64,000 bases of DNA from an uncultured Gemmatimonadaceae bacterium (GTDB taxonomy: Bacteria; Gemmatimonadota; Gemmatimonadetes; Gemmatimonadales; Gemmatimonadaceae). The stretch spans positions 928,001-992,000 of the forward strand of contig CAVXGK010000001.1 in the NCBI GenBank assembly GCA_963761305.1. The letters are read 5' to 3'. Under the pieces are notes generated by a model, which saw only the letters and a program-made list of their open reading frames with translations, ran no database searches and was not told the DNA's origin. Both the position numbers and the translations under genes were made by a program. Shown piece after piece: positions 30,301 to 40,446 of the stretch (position 1 is its first letter; each line of letters starts with the position of its first letter).

Positions 30301-32077
30301 CCTGCTTGAACTCGTCGACGTCGAGCACGATGAGCGACATCGTCGCGAACGGTCCGCGTTCGCCGAGGATGGTGTTCGCGATCTCGACGAAGGGCCGACG
30401 CGTGAGGAGGCCGGTGAGATCGTCGGACGGACCGTTCACGCGCAGCTCGCGCGCCGGCGTGACGCGGTGCTCGGGCGCCGGCTTGGCGTGCACGATCGCG
30501 CGCTGCCGCATCGACGGCGCCCGCGTGCGCATGAGCTCTTCGAACATCGCGAACAGCGCCGGATCGAACTGCCCGATGTCGGCACGCATCACGTCGAGCG
30601 CGGCTTCGTGCGACAGGGCACCCTTGTAGCTGCGCTTGGACATGAGCGCGTCGTAGACATCAGCGATGCACAACATGCGCGCCGCGCACGGAATCGCGTC
30701 GCCGGCGAGCGCGTCGGGATATCCCTGCCCGTCCCAACGCTCGTGGTGCGACCGCACCATCGGCGCCACTGCGGCCGGGAACTCCATTTCCGTGAGCATC
30801 TCCACGCCCGCCACCGGATGGCGCTTGATCAGCTCCCACTCGTCGGGCGCCAGTTTGCCCGGCTTGTTCAGAACATCCGACGGGATGATCAACTTGCCGA
30901 TGTCGTGCAGGGTGGCGCCCATGCGGAACCAGAACAGCTCGCGCGATTCACATCCGTCGCGAATGGCGAGCGCGCACGCCAGGTCGGCGACGCGTTCGCA
31001 GTGCCCTTGCGTGTGGCGATCCTTCGACTCGATCGACCCCGACCAGTGCCGCGCGACCTCGAGGAACTGGCGCTCGAGTCGCGCCACGTGGCGATCGAGG
31101 TCCAGCACCACGCGCGTCGCCGCGAGCTCCATCAGAATGCGATGCCCGCGGTTGAGATGGATCAGCGCGTCGCGCAGCCGGCCTTGCTTGCGGCACGTCT
31201 CGGCGTGTTCGCGCGCCGTCTCGGCGGAGAGGAGCGAGTCGCGGCGTTCGACGGCGATTTGTCGCGCGCGCTCGAAATGCTCTTCGGCCTGGCCCAGCTC
31301 TCCGGTCTCGCGGGCGATCGTTCCGAGATGCTTCTCGATCTCACCGAGCGCGTCGGACTCCGGCACTCGCGCTGCGAGCGCGCGCGCCGTCTCGCACGCC
31401 GCGCCGGCGGCGACGAAGTCGGCGCGCGCGATCTCCAACGCCGCGCGCTGCGCCTGAATGCGGACGCGTTCGGCCATGTCGCCGAGCGCGTCGGCGATCT
31501 GCGCCCCTTCGTCGAACGCGCGGGCTGAATCTTCCCAGCACTCGAGCTCGATGCAGAGCTGCCCCATCCCGCGAAGCGACGCGAGCACCTCTTTCGGGAC
31601 GCCGAGCGCTCGATACTCGGCGAGGCTCGCGCGGTGGTGGCGCAGCGCCTTTTCGTGATCGCCGCGCACGAGCGCGATCATTCCCAGGCTCTCGGCTGCC
31701 ATCGCGGCGAGGCGAGTGTCCTGGGTGGTGAGCGCGCGCGAGCGGGTCTCGATGTAGAGCGATTCGGCGCGGTCGAGCTGGCCGAGCCGCCGATGCACGC
31801 CGGCCTGCTCGTGATACGCCTTGCCGATTTCCGCGTAATCGTCGGCCAGTTCGGCGATCGTCAGCGCCGTGTCGAACGCGTCGAAGGCGGCGTCGACGTC
31901 TCCGGCGTCGTGGTACAGACGGCCGATCCACCGCAGCAGGGCAGCCGCCTGCGGCGCGTCAGGCCGACTCTCGAGCGAAAACAGCGCCCGCTCGTAGAGC
32001 GCCCGCGCGTCGTCGCGCCGGCCTTCCCGGTCGGCGGTTTGCGCCTGCTGAATAAGGATGTCGACCGACGGCGTCAT
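27374..32077 (-). CDS. TPR / HD-GYP / GGDEF(AGDEF) / STAND AAA ATPase / TPR multidomain signalling protein
   Basis: [81 protein letters not shown]. Confidence 0.9.
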   Translation of the reverse strand: MTPSVDILIQQAQTADREGRRDDARALYERALFSLESRPDAPQAAALLRWIGRLYHDAGDVDAAFDAFDTALTIAELADDYAEIGKAYHEQAGVHRRLGQLDRAESLYIETRSRALTTQDTRLAAMAAESLGMIALVRGDHEKALRHHRASLAEYRALGVPKEVLASLRGMGQLCIELECWEDSARAFDEGAQIADALGDMAERVRIQAQRAALEIARADFVAAGAACETARALAARVPESDALGEIEKHLGTIARETGELGQAEEHFERARQIAVERRDSLLSAETAREHAETCRKQGRLRDALIHLNRGHRILMELAATRVVLDLDRHVARLERQFLEVARHWSGSIESKDRHTQGHCERVADLACALAIRDGCESRELFWFRMGATLHDIGKLIIPSDVLNKPGKLAPDEWELIKRHPVAGVEMLTEMEFPAAVAPMVRSHHERWDGQGYPDALAGDAIPCAARMLCIADVYDALMSKRSYKGALSHEAALDVMRADIGQFDPALFAMFEELMRTRAPSMRQRAIVHAKPAPEHRVTPARELRVNGPSDDLTGLLTRRPFVEIANTILGERGPFATMSLIVLDVDEFKQVNDQHGHLQGDVVLRVIAGTLRELAASSGIIGRYAGDEFVILLPHAAIDEAGELAERIRATVRRTSIPLRERSGSTSATLSIGVAGARSEHRDFDALFAVADRALYEAKRRGRDTVVSAVEGDQTSQGPALNLKQFVGRESESKRLLRILEAVENGPQLVSVVGEAGVGKSSLVRRLASEARLRAGCLVSGQCSEAGNKPPYAPWAEVIAAIESLGIVSARDWRELPRLVPSMSHLSLAPEPNRYALLNEIVEYLRLAAETNPVIVLLDDMQWSDTATWDVVEHVMSQLEMEHVLLCLTMRSEDMRGEALERRNRLLRDERFNEIPVSRLADGDVRQWLAGVFGGEASRELDAFLQRYSEGNPLLATQVVRILIDAGVVRFEHGRWGLWSEPSRELTTALSDLMGRRLDRLSPDARSILNTAAVIGRVFDIDLAVAAGAGTEDEVLDALDEGIEHAVLHAIDSSGSEFEFTHGLLVDAVRRSINPRRLARINERVGAAMEQSNPERASAIAVHYEHAGLPRKAYPHAMIAGREALAMYGQSEARRFFEIAERAAVTPGERASALLGLAEVSELEGRHALTEELCDRALAALAGSADDHTVLALRRMRERTRSLQGRPARATIAVCTELLDKARALGDRAEESALLTMISQCQDRLGESAIAERVAREAVTAAQSANDPRLLAESLTRLGSAIMEDNASDAQQFFGRAVALFHAAGDRSGEARCQIHIGRIHQRAGDMAAAAAAYDQALETAQSAQAVDLAGLASLNLGLLHLRRGQLAAAGECYDDALERFSESSNESDRLLTLFNMAHLAREAEDWTTASALYEQVMAVAARIGQPDMELGARAGQALAALAVGARSVGEDAMRWIRANVETRPGWWFHGRDLVDALRIRLAAERNDDAHAMRLLAEAVDLAGRHDMYLAAYLVAECAPSLRSAEAPLVALIDRLVPEVQAFGLTGAVQRLTNVRMSLLATLAA

Positions 32078-32317
32078 CTCACGCTGCGATCTCGGTTCTT
32101 CGAGCCGATACTAGGGGACGAGAGACGCTCTCTTGCGCCCCTCCACGCTTAGTATCGGCCGAGCCAACCGAGTCCAAAGCACTGCCCCGTCGGGCTTGTG
32201 CGGCGAGCGACTCGGGACTCGGCCGACACTCGGCACGGTTACAGGCAGTTCGCGTGTTTCGTCTTGGCTGTGCCCGGCCAGGTCGCCGGGTTGCCCACTT
32301 CCATTTGTCGGTGGTCG

Positions 32318-33412
32318 ATGGCCCTCAAGCAGCGCTTCGCCCTCGCCGTCACGGTTGTCCTGGCCGCGTGCTCGCACGACGCGGCGCGAATCGTCACGCT
32401 CGGCGCCGCGGGACCGTTCAGTCAGGCCTACGGCCTCGCCAACAAGCAAGGCATTCAACTCGCCGTCGAAGAGATCAACGCGAGTCCGGCGTGGGGAAGC
32501 CATCGCCGCCTCTCGATCCAATTCGCCGACGATTCGGGCAGCGGTGCGCGCGCCAGCGCGGTCGCGCAGGAATTCGTCGACAGCCCGCGCATCGTCGCCG
32601 TCGTCGGACACGTCAATTCGGGCGCGATGGTGTCGGCGGCTCACGTGTACGACAAGCACCTCGCCGCCGTCGCGACCACCGCGACGTCGCCCGCGCTCAC
32701 GGGCATCTCGCCATGGGCGTTTCGCGTCATCCCCAGCGATTCCGCCAACGGGCAGGCGATCGCCCGCTTCGTCAACGCGCGCGGCCGCAAGCGCGCCGCG
32801 GTGCTCTACGAGAACAATCCCTACGGGCGCGGACTCGCCGAGAACTTCAAGCGCGGATTCTCCGGACAGATCATCAGCATCGATCCGATCGGCGAGGATT
32901 CGTCGCAGCGCTTCGAGCCCTACGTCACGTGGTACAAGAAAGAGCGGCCGGACATCGTCTTCGTCGCCGGCACCGACGCGTCCGGACTGGCGTTCCTCAA
33001 GGAAGTGCGGCGCCAGAATCTCGACGCCGACCTGGTCGGCGGCGACGGGTGGCAGACCGTCGCCCCGAGCGCGCTCGCCGAGGGCGTGTTCGTCGGCGCG
33101 CCGTTCAGCGCGCTCGACCCGCGTCCGGAAGTGCGAACGTTCGTCGCCGCATACACGAAAAAATTCAACGCCACGCCCGACGGCAACGCCGCACTCGCCT
33201 ACGACGCGACCAAACTCCTCGCGCACGCGGTCGAGGTGGTGGGGGCGGATCGCGTGAAGATTCGCGAGTATCTCGCGCACCTCACGGACGCCTCGGCGTT
33301 CCATGGCGTGACCGGACCGCTCCGCTTTCGCGAAGACGGCGACCCGGTGGGCAAGAGCATCGTGATGACGCGCATTCATCAGGGCACGATGCAGCTGGAG
33401 AGCGGCAAGTGA
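32318..33412 (+). CDS. LivJ-like (branched-chain amino acid) periplasmic binding lipoprotein
   Basis: LAAC lipobox; [40 protein letters not shown]. Confidence 0.88.
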   Translation: MALKQRFALAVTVVLAACSHDAARIVTLGAAGPFSQAYGLANKQGIQLAVEEINASPAWGSHRRLSIQFADDSGSGARASAVAQEFVDSPRIVAVVGHVNSGAMVSAAHVYDKHLAAVATTATSPALTGISPWAFRVIPSDSANGQAIARFVNARGRKRAAVLYENNPYGRGLAENFKRGFSGQIISIDPIGEDSSQRFEPYVTWYKKERPDIVFVAGTDASGLAFLKEVRRQNLDADLVGGDGWQTVAPSALAEGVFVGAPFSALDPRPEVRTFVAAYTKKFNATPDGNAALAYDATKLLAHAVEVVGADRVKIREYLAHLTDASAFHGVTGPLRFREDGDPVGKSIVMTRIHQGTMQLESGK

Positions 33413-35118
33413 GGCTCATCGACCGCTCCCAGTTCAACTCGATTCGCGGACGCCTTTGGGTCGGGTTCGGCATCCTCGTCGGCATCCTGTTGCTGGCGGG
33501 ATTCGTGGCACGGCGGTCACTCACCGAGATGTCGACGCAGATCGCCGCGTCGTTGTCCGAAGTGGAAGCCGACGCCACGCTCACCAGCCAGGTCTCGGCC
33601 GACGTCGCGAAGACCATCGAGGCGGCGTCTCGCTACCTCGACACGCGCGACTCGTCGGCGGAGTCGGCGTTCCGGGCGTTCGGCTGGGCGGCGCACGAGG
33701 TTCAGCGTCAGATGAACAGCCGGCCGAATCAATCGACGGCGGAGGTCGCCGCGCTGGCAACGATCGACGGCAAGCTGTCCGAGATGGAGATCCGGTACGC
33801 GCTCGCGCACCGGCTGATAGATCTCAACCGCGCCGACGACGCGCGCGCCGCGGCCGGCGACGCACGCCGCTCGATCGACGAACTGCTCGCCGACATCGCC
33901 CTGCTCGGCCACATCAAGGCCGACAAGGTGGCGGCGGCGCGGTCGGACATCACGGCGGAAACGAGCCGGCGCTCCGAGCTCCTGCTCTCGATCATCGGCC
34001 TCGCGCTCGTGTTCGGCATCATCGTCGTAATGATCACCGTTCGCCACATCAGCGAGCCGCTCGACCTGCTCGTCGGTCACGCGCGCCGCCTGCGGGACGG
34101 TGATCTGGCGAGCCGCACGACCGAATCGATGCCGGGTGAGTTCAGCATCCTCGCCGCGGCGATGAATCAGACCGGCGAGTCGTTGTCGCAGGTCGTCGCC
34201 GTCGCCGCGCGCACGGCCGACGAGGTCTCGAGCTCGGCGCACGAGTTGGCGTCGGTGTCGGAGCAGATCTCGCTCTCGGCGGGCCAAATGGCGAGCGCGA
34301 TGACGGAAGTCTCACACGGCGCCGAGGCGCAGGTGCAGCAGCTTCGCTCGGTCGACGAGACGCTCCAAGTGATTCGCGAAGCGGCGACGGGCGTGAAAAA
34401 ACGCTCCGACGAGGTCACGCACCTCGCCCACAGCATCGAGGGTGCGGCGCACGCCAAGCGGATCGAGATCGAGCGGGCACTCGGCATTCTCGTGGACGTG
34501 AAGTCGAGCGTCGAGCGCGCGGCCGGCGAGATCGGGCACCTCAACGCGACCGTGAGCGACATCAACCGGTTCGTGCAGACGGTGAGTCAGATCGCCGATC
34601 AGACGAACCTGCTGGCGCTGAATGCCGCGATCGAGGCGGCGCGCGCCGGCGAGGCCGGTCGCGGATTCGCCGTCGTCGCCGACGAGGTTCGCAAGCTCGC
34701 CGAGCAGTCGCAGCGCGCTGCCGACGACATCGTGCAGATGACGTCGGTGGTCACGGCGCGCGTGACGAGCAGCGCGGCGGCGATGGAGTCGAGCGCCAGC
34801 CGCGTGATCGAGATCGAACGCGTGTCGCGCGACATCGACGCGGCCCTGCACACGATCAGCGACGCCGCGGAACGCACGCGCGTCGCCGCCGTCGGCGTCA
34901 CCGGCGCCGCCGAGGCCAACGCCTCGGCGGTCAACCACGCCGCGGTGAGCCTCGAGTCGATCGCCAAGACGGCCGAAGGCCACGCCGCCGCCGCGCAGCA
35001 AGTGAACGCGTCGACGCAGGAACAGAGCGCGGCCTGCGAGCAGATGACGTCGGCGTCGAACGTGCTGCTCGCCGGTTCGACGCAGTTGCGAGAGCTGGTG
35101 GGAGTGCTGAAGACTTAA
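33409..35118 (+). CDS. Methyl-accepting chemotaxis protein
   Basis: Two TMs, [45 protein letters not shown] overlaps the upstream TGA. Confidence 0.93.
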   Translation: MRLIDRSQFNSIRGRLWVGFGILVGILLLAGFVARRSLTEMSTQIAASLSEVEADATLTSQVSADVAKTIEAASRYLDTRDSSAESAFRAFGWAAHEVQRQMNSRPNQSTAEVAALATIDGKLSEMEIRYALAHRLIDLNRADDARAAAGDARRSIDELLADIALLGHIKADKVAAARSDITAETSRRSELLLSIIGLALVFGIIVVMITVRHISEPLDLLVGHARRLRDGDLASRTTESMPGEFSILAAAMNQTGESLSQVVAVAARTADEVSSSAHELASVSEQISLSAGQMASAMTEVSHGAEAQVQQLRSVDETLQVIREAATGVKKRSDEVTHLAHSIEGAAHAKRIEIERALGILVDVKSSVERAAGEIGHLNATVSDINRFVQTVSQIADQTNLLALNAAIEAARAGEAGRGFAVVADEVRKLAEQSQRAADDIVQMTSVVTARVTSSAAAMESSASRVIEIERVSRDIDAALHTISDAAERTRVAAVGVTGAAEANASAVNHAAVSLESIAKTAEGHAAAAQQVNASTQEQSAACEQMTSASNVLLAGSTQLRELVGVLKT

Positions 35119-35246
35119 GCGGACGGGTGGACCGGTGGACCGGAACGGCTGACGGCGAAAAAGAAGACGTCTGACGTCAGATATCTGACATCAGACGTCC
35201 GACTTCTCGCGTTCCACCTGTCCACGCGTCCACCCGTCCACCCGCT
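35119..35246. repeat. Composite inverted element: octamer arms around a 34-bp heptamer palindrome
   Basis: GGGTGGAC/CGGTGGAC left arm, GTCCACCC-like right arm; core GACGTCTGACGTCAGATATCTGACATCAGACGTC at 35166-35199. Confidence 0.8.
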
Positions 35247-37034
35247 CTACTGGCGACACCTTGCCTTCGGATCGCCGACCGGGTGGTCCACCTTCGGCCG
35301 GTGGTCGAGATCGGCGACGTAGGTGCCCAGGTCGTACATGAAGTTGCCGATCTTCGCCATGTGCGGATAGTCGATGTACTCCGGCTCATCCGTCACCTGG
35401 TGGTAGTCGCCGTGGAGACCGGTCGTCACGAACACGATCGGAATTCCATAACGAGCATAGTTGAAGTGGTCGCTCCGACAGTAGATGTTCTCGGGGTGGC
35501 CGTTGGCGTCGTACTGGTAGTCGAACGTGAACGGTTTGGCGAGCTTCTTGTTCTGCGCCTCGACGATGTCCCCCAGCTCGGTCGACACGCGCCGCCCGCC
35601 GACGAGCTGCACGTAGGTCGGCCCGCCCTCGAACAAGTCGCTCGCCGCGCCGCGCCCGACCATGTCCATGTTCAGCTGCGCCACGATCGAATCGCGCGGC
35701 ACCGGCGGATGGTCGGTGATGTACTGCGACCCCCACAGACCCTTCTCCTCGCCGACGTGCCACACGAACAACATCGACCGCTTCGTGTTCGGCTTCGACT
35801 TGGCGAACTTCTCGGCGATCTCGAGCAGCGTCACCGTACCCGAGCCGTCGTCGTCGGCGCCGTTGCTGATCGAGTCGAGCCGGATCCCGCCGTTCACCTT
35901 CCGCACGCTGTCCAGGTTGATGTGGATCGCGGCGATCTGCGCGTTGAGTGAATCGAGGTGCGACTGCTGCGCCGGCGTGGCCGCCGAGCATTCCGCCTGC
36001 AGGCGTCCGCCGCAGATGTGATTCTCGAGGTTGTAGAGCGCGATGTGCTCGCGGATCGGATACGCCGCCTGGGCGTAGAGGTGCAGCGAGTCGTGGTCGA
36101 TCGGCGGACCCTGGCGAATGCCGATGTGATCGTTGTGCGCGCCCATCGCGACCCACTCGTTCTTGAGCTTGGCGTCGTGGCCCGGATACCCGGCGACGAC
36201 GTTGCGCGCCGGAGCCGCCTCGTCGACGAACTTCACGTGGAAGGTCGCCGTCTTGCCCGTCGCTCCCTTGGCCATGCCGTCGAGCGACGCACCGAGCAGC
36301 TGCTCCGCGGCCGCGCGCGTCACCGTGATCTGCGGCGCCAGCGCCGGACTGTCGGCCTCAGGCTTGAGCTGCACGTCGCCTTCGCGCGGGTGCAGCGCGT
36401 TGCGCACCTGAGCGTCGTTGAGCTGGTCGGCGATCGTGATCTGCCCGAGGGCGGCGTCCGCGATCCCGCCGCCCGCGTTTCCGCCGCGACCGCCACGACC
36501 TCCGCCACCGGCAAATCCGCCACGCCCGCGGCCGAACCCCGCCGGTGCGCGATACGCGATCACCTTGCCCTTCACCGCGCCGGCCGTGAGGCCGGCCGTC
36601 GTGTCGCCCAGCGCTCCACCATAGATGATGGGCGCATCGGGGAGCGACGCGACGTTTCCGCGTCCGGTCGCGATGAAATCCGTGCCCGCCTTGAGCGTCA
36701 CACCAGGCACCGTGATCGTCGAGCTCGGGTCGAGTGAGCGTCGGATCACCGGCACGTTCTGGAAGTAGGTGCCGTTGTCGCCCATCGGCACGAGGCCGAG
36801 CGCCTTGACCTGCGCGGCGATGTAGTCGGTGGCCCGCACGTGGCCGCGCGTACCCGTCTCGCGGCCTTCCATGGAGTCGGCCGCGTAGATGTAGAGCCGC
36901 GTCTCGAGGTCCGCCGCAGTGATCGCCGCCGTCGTGGGCTGCGGCTTGTGCGTGGTTGGCTGCGTCTTGGGGTTCTGCGCCGTCAACACCATTGGTGCGA
37001 CGATCGCGCCCGCCAAGAATCGGAATGATTTCAC
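35247..37034 (-). CDS. M28-family secreted aminopeptidase with PA-like insert
   Basis: ADSMEGRETG, GAHNDHIG, NGADDDGSG, GEEKGLWGS, LNMDMVGR, RSDH, YHQVTD. Confidence 0.92.
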   Translation of the reverse strand: MKSFRFLAGAIVAPMVLTAQNPKTQPTTHKPQPTTAAITAADLETRLYIYAADSMEGRETGTRGHVRATDYIAAQVKALGLVPMGDNGTYFQNVPVIRRSLDPSSTITVPGVTLKAGTDFIATGRGNVASLPDAPIIYGGALGDTTAGLTAGAVKGKVIAYRAPAGFGRGRGGFAGGGGRGGRGGNAGGGIADAALGQITIADQLNDAQVRNALHPREGDVQLKPEADSPALAPQITVTRAAAEQLLGASLDGMAKGATGKTATFHVKFVDEAAPARNVVAGYPGHDAKLKNEWVAMGAHNDHIGIRQGPPIDHDSLHLYAQAAYPIREHIALYNLENHICGGRLQAECSAATPAQQSHLDSLNAQIAAIHINLDSVRKVNGGIRLDSISNGADDDGSGTVTLLEIAEKFAKSKPNTKRSMLFVWHVGEEKGLWGSQYITDHPPVPRDSIVAQLNMDMVGRGAASDLFEGGPTYVQLVGGRRVSTELGDIVEAQNKKLAKPFTFDYQYDANGHPENIYCRSDHFNYARYGIPIVFVTTGLHGDYHQVTDEPEYIDYPHMAKIGNFMYDLGTYVADLDHRPKVDHPVGDPKARCRQ

Positions 37035-37195
37035 GTGTGTCTCGCGTTGGGGAGGTAGCCTTTCGCTCTTTCTACGTCCCAAAATCTGTCCCCGCTGTCA
37101 GGGTCGCCGCCATTGCCGTCGCGCCGCCGAGCGTCGACTTTCTGAGCGGGATCCGGCGCAGCGTGCGCCCGGGATTCCACTCCCTGCCAACGACC

Positions 37196-38317
37196 ATGCG
37201 CATCGAAACCCTCGCCGTTCACGCCGGCCATGACGTCGATCCTTCGACCGCCGCCGTGACGCCGCCGATTCACCTCTCCACGACCTTCGCACGCGAGGCC
37301 GACGGCAGCTATCGCGCCGGCTTCCTCTACTCGCGCTACACGAACCCCAATCGCGCGGCGCTCGAGCGGTGCCTGACCGAGTTGGAAGGCGGTGCCGCCG
37401 CGGCGGCGTTCGCGTCGGGATCGGCGGCCACGATGACGCTGCTGCAAGCGGTCGAGCCGGGCTCGCACGTCATCATCCCCGACGACGCCTACTTCGGCAC
37501 GATCAAGCTCGCGCGCGACGTCCTGGGCCCCTGGGGCCTCGAGCTGTCGATCGTCGACATGACCGACCTCCAGCGCGTGCGCGACGCGATGCGCCCGAAC
37601 ACGCGACTGCTCTGGGTCGAGACGCCGTCGAACCCGTTGCTCCGCGTCGTCGACATCGCCGCCGTGAGCGCGATCGCGCACGCACGCGGCGCGTTGTGCG
37701 CGGTCGACAACACGTGGGGCACGCCGGTGCTTCAGCGGCCGCTCGACCTCGGGGCCGACGTCGCCATGCACGCTACCACGAAATACCTCGGCGGCCACAG
37801 CGACGTGCTCGGCGGCATTCTCGTGTTTCGTGAGAGCGGGGATCTCCACCAGAAGATCTCGTCCATTCAGATGACCGGCGGCGCGGTGCCGTCACCGTTC
37901 GAGTGCTGGCTCACGCTGCGCGGCATCCGCACGCTGCCGATCCGCGTGCACGCGCAGAGCGCGAGCGCGGCGTCCCTGGCCGCGTTCCTCGAGCAGCATC
38001 CGTGCGTCGAAGCCGTGCACTACCCCGGGCTCGCGTCGCATCCGGCGCACGGCATCGCCGCGAAGCAGATGTCGGAGTTCGGCGGCATGCTGTCGGTCCA
38101 GGCCGGGAAGGATCGCGCGCAGTCGCTCGCCATCGCGGGACGTCTTCGCCTGTTCACGCAGGCGACGAGCCTCGGCGGCACGGAGAGCCTCGTCGAGCAT
38201 CGAGCGTCGGTCGAAGGACCGGGGACGCGAGCGCCCGAGAATCTGCTGCGCGTGTCGGTCGGGCTCGAGCACGTGGACGATCTGAAAGCCGACTTCGACC
38301 AGGCCCTCCGCGGCTGA
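37196..38317 (+). CDS. PLP-dependent transsulfuration enzyme (cystathionine gamma-synthase/lyase)
   Basis: [56 protein letters not shown]. Confidence 0.92.
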   Translation: MRIETLAVHAGHDVDPSTAAVTPPIHLSTTFAREADGSYRAGFLYSRYTNPNRAALERCLTELEGGAAAAAFASGSAATMTLLQAVEPGSHVIIPDDAYFGTIKLARDVLGPWGLELSIVDMTDLQRVRDAMRPNTRLLWVETPSNPLLRVVDIAAVSAIAHARGALCAVDNTWGTPVLQRPLDLGADVAMHATTKYLGGHSDVLGGILVFRESGDLHQKISSIQMTGGAVPSPFECWLTLRGIRTLPIRVHAQSASAASLAAFLEQHPCVEAVHYPGLASHPAHGIAAKQMSEFGGMLSVQAGKDRAQSLAIAGRLRLFTQATSLGGTESLVEHRASVEGPGTRAPENLLRVSVGLEHVDDLKADFDQALRG

Positions 38318-38997
38318 TGCGGAAGGCGGTGTTGCTGCTGAGCGGGGGATTGGACTCGACGACGCTGCTCGCTGTCGCGCGTCGCGACGGCTACGACGTC
38401 CACGCGATGACTTTCCGCTACGGGCAGCGACACGCGAGCGAGATCGAAGCGGCGCGTCGGGTCGCGGCGCACTTCCACGTGCGCGACCACGTGATCGCCG
38501 ACATCGATCTGCGCACGTTCGGCGGATCGGCCCTCACCAGCGATGCGATCGACGTGCCCCGTGACCGCGACGTGCGCGAGGCGGGCGTGCCGGTGACGTA
38601 CGTGCCCGCGCGGAACACGATCTTTCTCTCTTTTGCATTGGCGTGGGCCGAAGTGCTCGGCGCCGCGGACATATTTATCGGTGTGAACGCCCTCGATTAT
38701 TCGGGCTACCCCGATTGCCGGCCCGAGTACATCCAGGCGTTCGAGACAATGGCGAATTTGGCTACGCGCGCCGGCGTCGAGGACAGTCTCCGTCTTCGGA
38801 TCCGCGCCCCGCTGATCGACCTGACGAAAGCCGAAATCATTCGACTCGGTATCTCCCTCGGCGTCGACTATTCGGTGACACAGAGTTGCTATGACCCCGA
38901 TTCCACCGGCGCCGCCTGCGGTCACTGCGACGCTTGCCAGTTGCGTCTGAAAGGCTTTTCCGAAGCCGGCATCGAAGACCCGGCCCGGTATTCCTAA
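38317..38997 (+). CDS. queC: 7-cyano-7-deazaguanine synthase
   Basis: LSGGLDS, YGQRH, TYVPARN, YPDCR, CYDP...CGHCDAC. Confidence 0.96.
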   Translation: MRKAVLLLSGGLDSTTLLAVARRDGYDVHAMTFRYGQRHASEIEAARRVAAHFHVRDHVIADIDLRTFGGSALTSDAIDVPRDRDVREAGVPVTYVPARNTIFLSFALAWAEVLGAADIFIGVNALDYSGYPDCRPEYIQAFETMANLATRAGVEDSLRLRIRAPLIDLTKAEIIRLGISLGVDYSVTQSCYDPDSTGAACGHCDACQLRLKGFSEAGIEDPARYS

Positions 38998-39012
38998 CTC
39001 GCCATTTTTCCG

Positions 39013-39052
39013 GTCCACCCGTCCACCCGTCCACCCGTCCACCCGTCCACCC
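39013..39052 (+). repeat. Tandem octamer (GTCCACCC)x5
   Basis: Five perfect copies between the queC stop and the queE TTG start. Confidence 0.95.
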
Positions 39053-39057
39053 GTCTG

Positions 39058-39693
39058 TTGTACTCCGTCAAAGAAATCTTCTACACGCTTCAGGGCGAAG
39101 GCGCCAACACCGGGCGCGCGGCCGTGTTTTGCCGTTTCGCCGGCTGCAACCTGTGGACGGGGCGCGAGACCGATCGCGCGTCGGCGATTTGCGATTTCTG
39201 TGATACCGATTTCGTCGGCATCGGGCCCGACGGTGGCAAGTTCGAGACGGCCGAGGCGCTCGCCGATGCGGTCGCCTCGCGATGGCCGAGCGGGGGGGGC
39301 GGCGAGGGAAAGCCGTTCGTCGTCTGCACGGGCGGCGAGCCGCTGCTTCAGCTCGACGCTGCGGCGATCGACGCGCTTCACGCCCGCGGCTTCCTCGTCG
39401 CCGTCGAAACAAACGGGACCGTCGAACCGCCGGCCGGTCTGGATTGGATTTGCGTGAGCCCCAAAGCGCGCGCGCCACTGGTGCTGCGCCGCGGGCACGA
39501 GCTCAAGCTGGTGTTTCCGCAGCCGCACCTCGACCCCGGCGTCTTCGAGGCGCTCGCGTTCGGCGAATTCTTCCTCCAGCCGATGGATGGGCCGGCCGTT
39601 TTAGAGAATACTCGAGCCGCGCTCGACTACTGCCTGGCGCACCCGCGCTGGAGGCTCAGCCTGCAGACTCACAAAGCGTTGCACATTCGGTGA
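39058..39693 (+). CDS. queE: 7-carboxy-7-deazaguanine synthase (radical SAM, CX14CX2C type)
   Basis: KEIFYTLQGEG, GCNLW...ICDFCDTDF, TGGEP, ETNG, SLQTHK. Confidence 0.95.
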   Translation: MYSVKEIFYTLQGEGANTGRAAVFCRFAGCNLWTGRETDRASAICDFCDTDFVGIGPDGGKFETAEALADAVASRWPSGGGGEGKPFVVCTGGEPLLQLDAAAIDALHARGFLVAVETNGTVEPPAGLDWICVSPKARAPLVLRRGHELKLVFPQPHLDPGVFEALAFGEFFLQPMDGPAVLENTRAALDYCLAHPRWRLSLQTHKALHIR

Positions 39694-39840
39694 TGCGATT
39701 TGTGGCACCACACAGCCCAAGTGCGTTGCAACTCATGCGTGGAAATGCTGCCTGAACCGCTCTGGACGACCCTTAACTCATGTGGTTGACCGAAGGCCGG
39801 TCAGGGGGTAAACTGACCGAGACTTTTCCCCGTTGAGCGC

Positions 39841-40446
39841 ATGAACCCATCGTCGCCAAACCGATTCGCACACGTGAAGGTCGCGCTCGTCGCGATCTCC
39901 ATGGCGTTCGCGTCGGCGATGCCGGCGATGGCGCAGGATACAAAGACGATCGAGGTGAAGCCGTTCGAGGTCAAGCCGCTCGTCGCGATCAGCAACTCAG
40001 CGCAGACGATGCGCGATTCCATTGTCGCGATGGCCCGCGCGCAGATCGGCACGAAGTACAAATTCGGCGGCGTGTCGCCGGAAAAAGGCTTCGATTGCAG
40101 TGGCCTCGTGCAGTTCGTGATGTCGGCGCTCAACCTCGACGTGCCGCGTACGGCTCGCCAGCAAGCGAAGGCCGGTCTGGCCGTCAAGCGCGATACAACT
40201 CAGCTGCTGCCGGGCGATCTGCTCACGTTCGGCAAGGGCAAGAAGGGCGCGGTGAGCCACGTCGGCATCTATGTCGGCGACGGCCGCTTCGTCCAGGCGA
40301 GCAGCGCCGCGGGTCGGGTCATCGAGACGCCGCTCGATCGGGCGCCGTCACCGCGCATCAAGGTGTGGCGCGGCGTGCGTCGCATCCTCGTGGACGACAG
40401 TACCGCGGCGAACGCGCCCGCGGTCGCCGTCAAGAGCGGCAACTAG
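39841..40446 (+). CDS. NlpC/P60 (C40) peptidase
   Basis: Signal peptide; GTKYKFGG..P..GFDCSG, PRTARQQ, PGDL, SHVGIY. Confidence 0.92.
   Translation: MNPSSPNRFAHVKVALVAISMAFASAMPAMAQDTKTIEVKPFEVKPLVAISNSAQTMRDSIVAMARAQIGTKYKFGGVSPEKGFDCSGLVQFVMSALNLDVPRTARQQAKAGLAVKRDTTQLLPGDLLTFGKGKKGAVSHVGIYVGDGRFVQASSAAGRVIETPLDRAPSPRIKVWRGVRRILVDDSTAANAPAVAVKSGN

Noticed and set aside
35119..39056. Short repeats as a CRISPR array
   Set aside because: Units are 7-8 bp and contiguous, with no spacers and no cas genes
38317..39693. queC/queE as a DNA-modification (dpd) or QatABCD-type defence system, or a preQ1 riboswitch
   Set aside because: Canonical housekeeping-like sequences coupled to a metabolic gene; no dpdA, TatD or ATPase partner, and no preQ1 aptamer recognised
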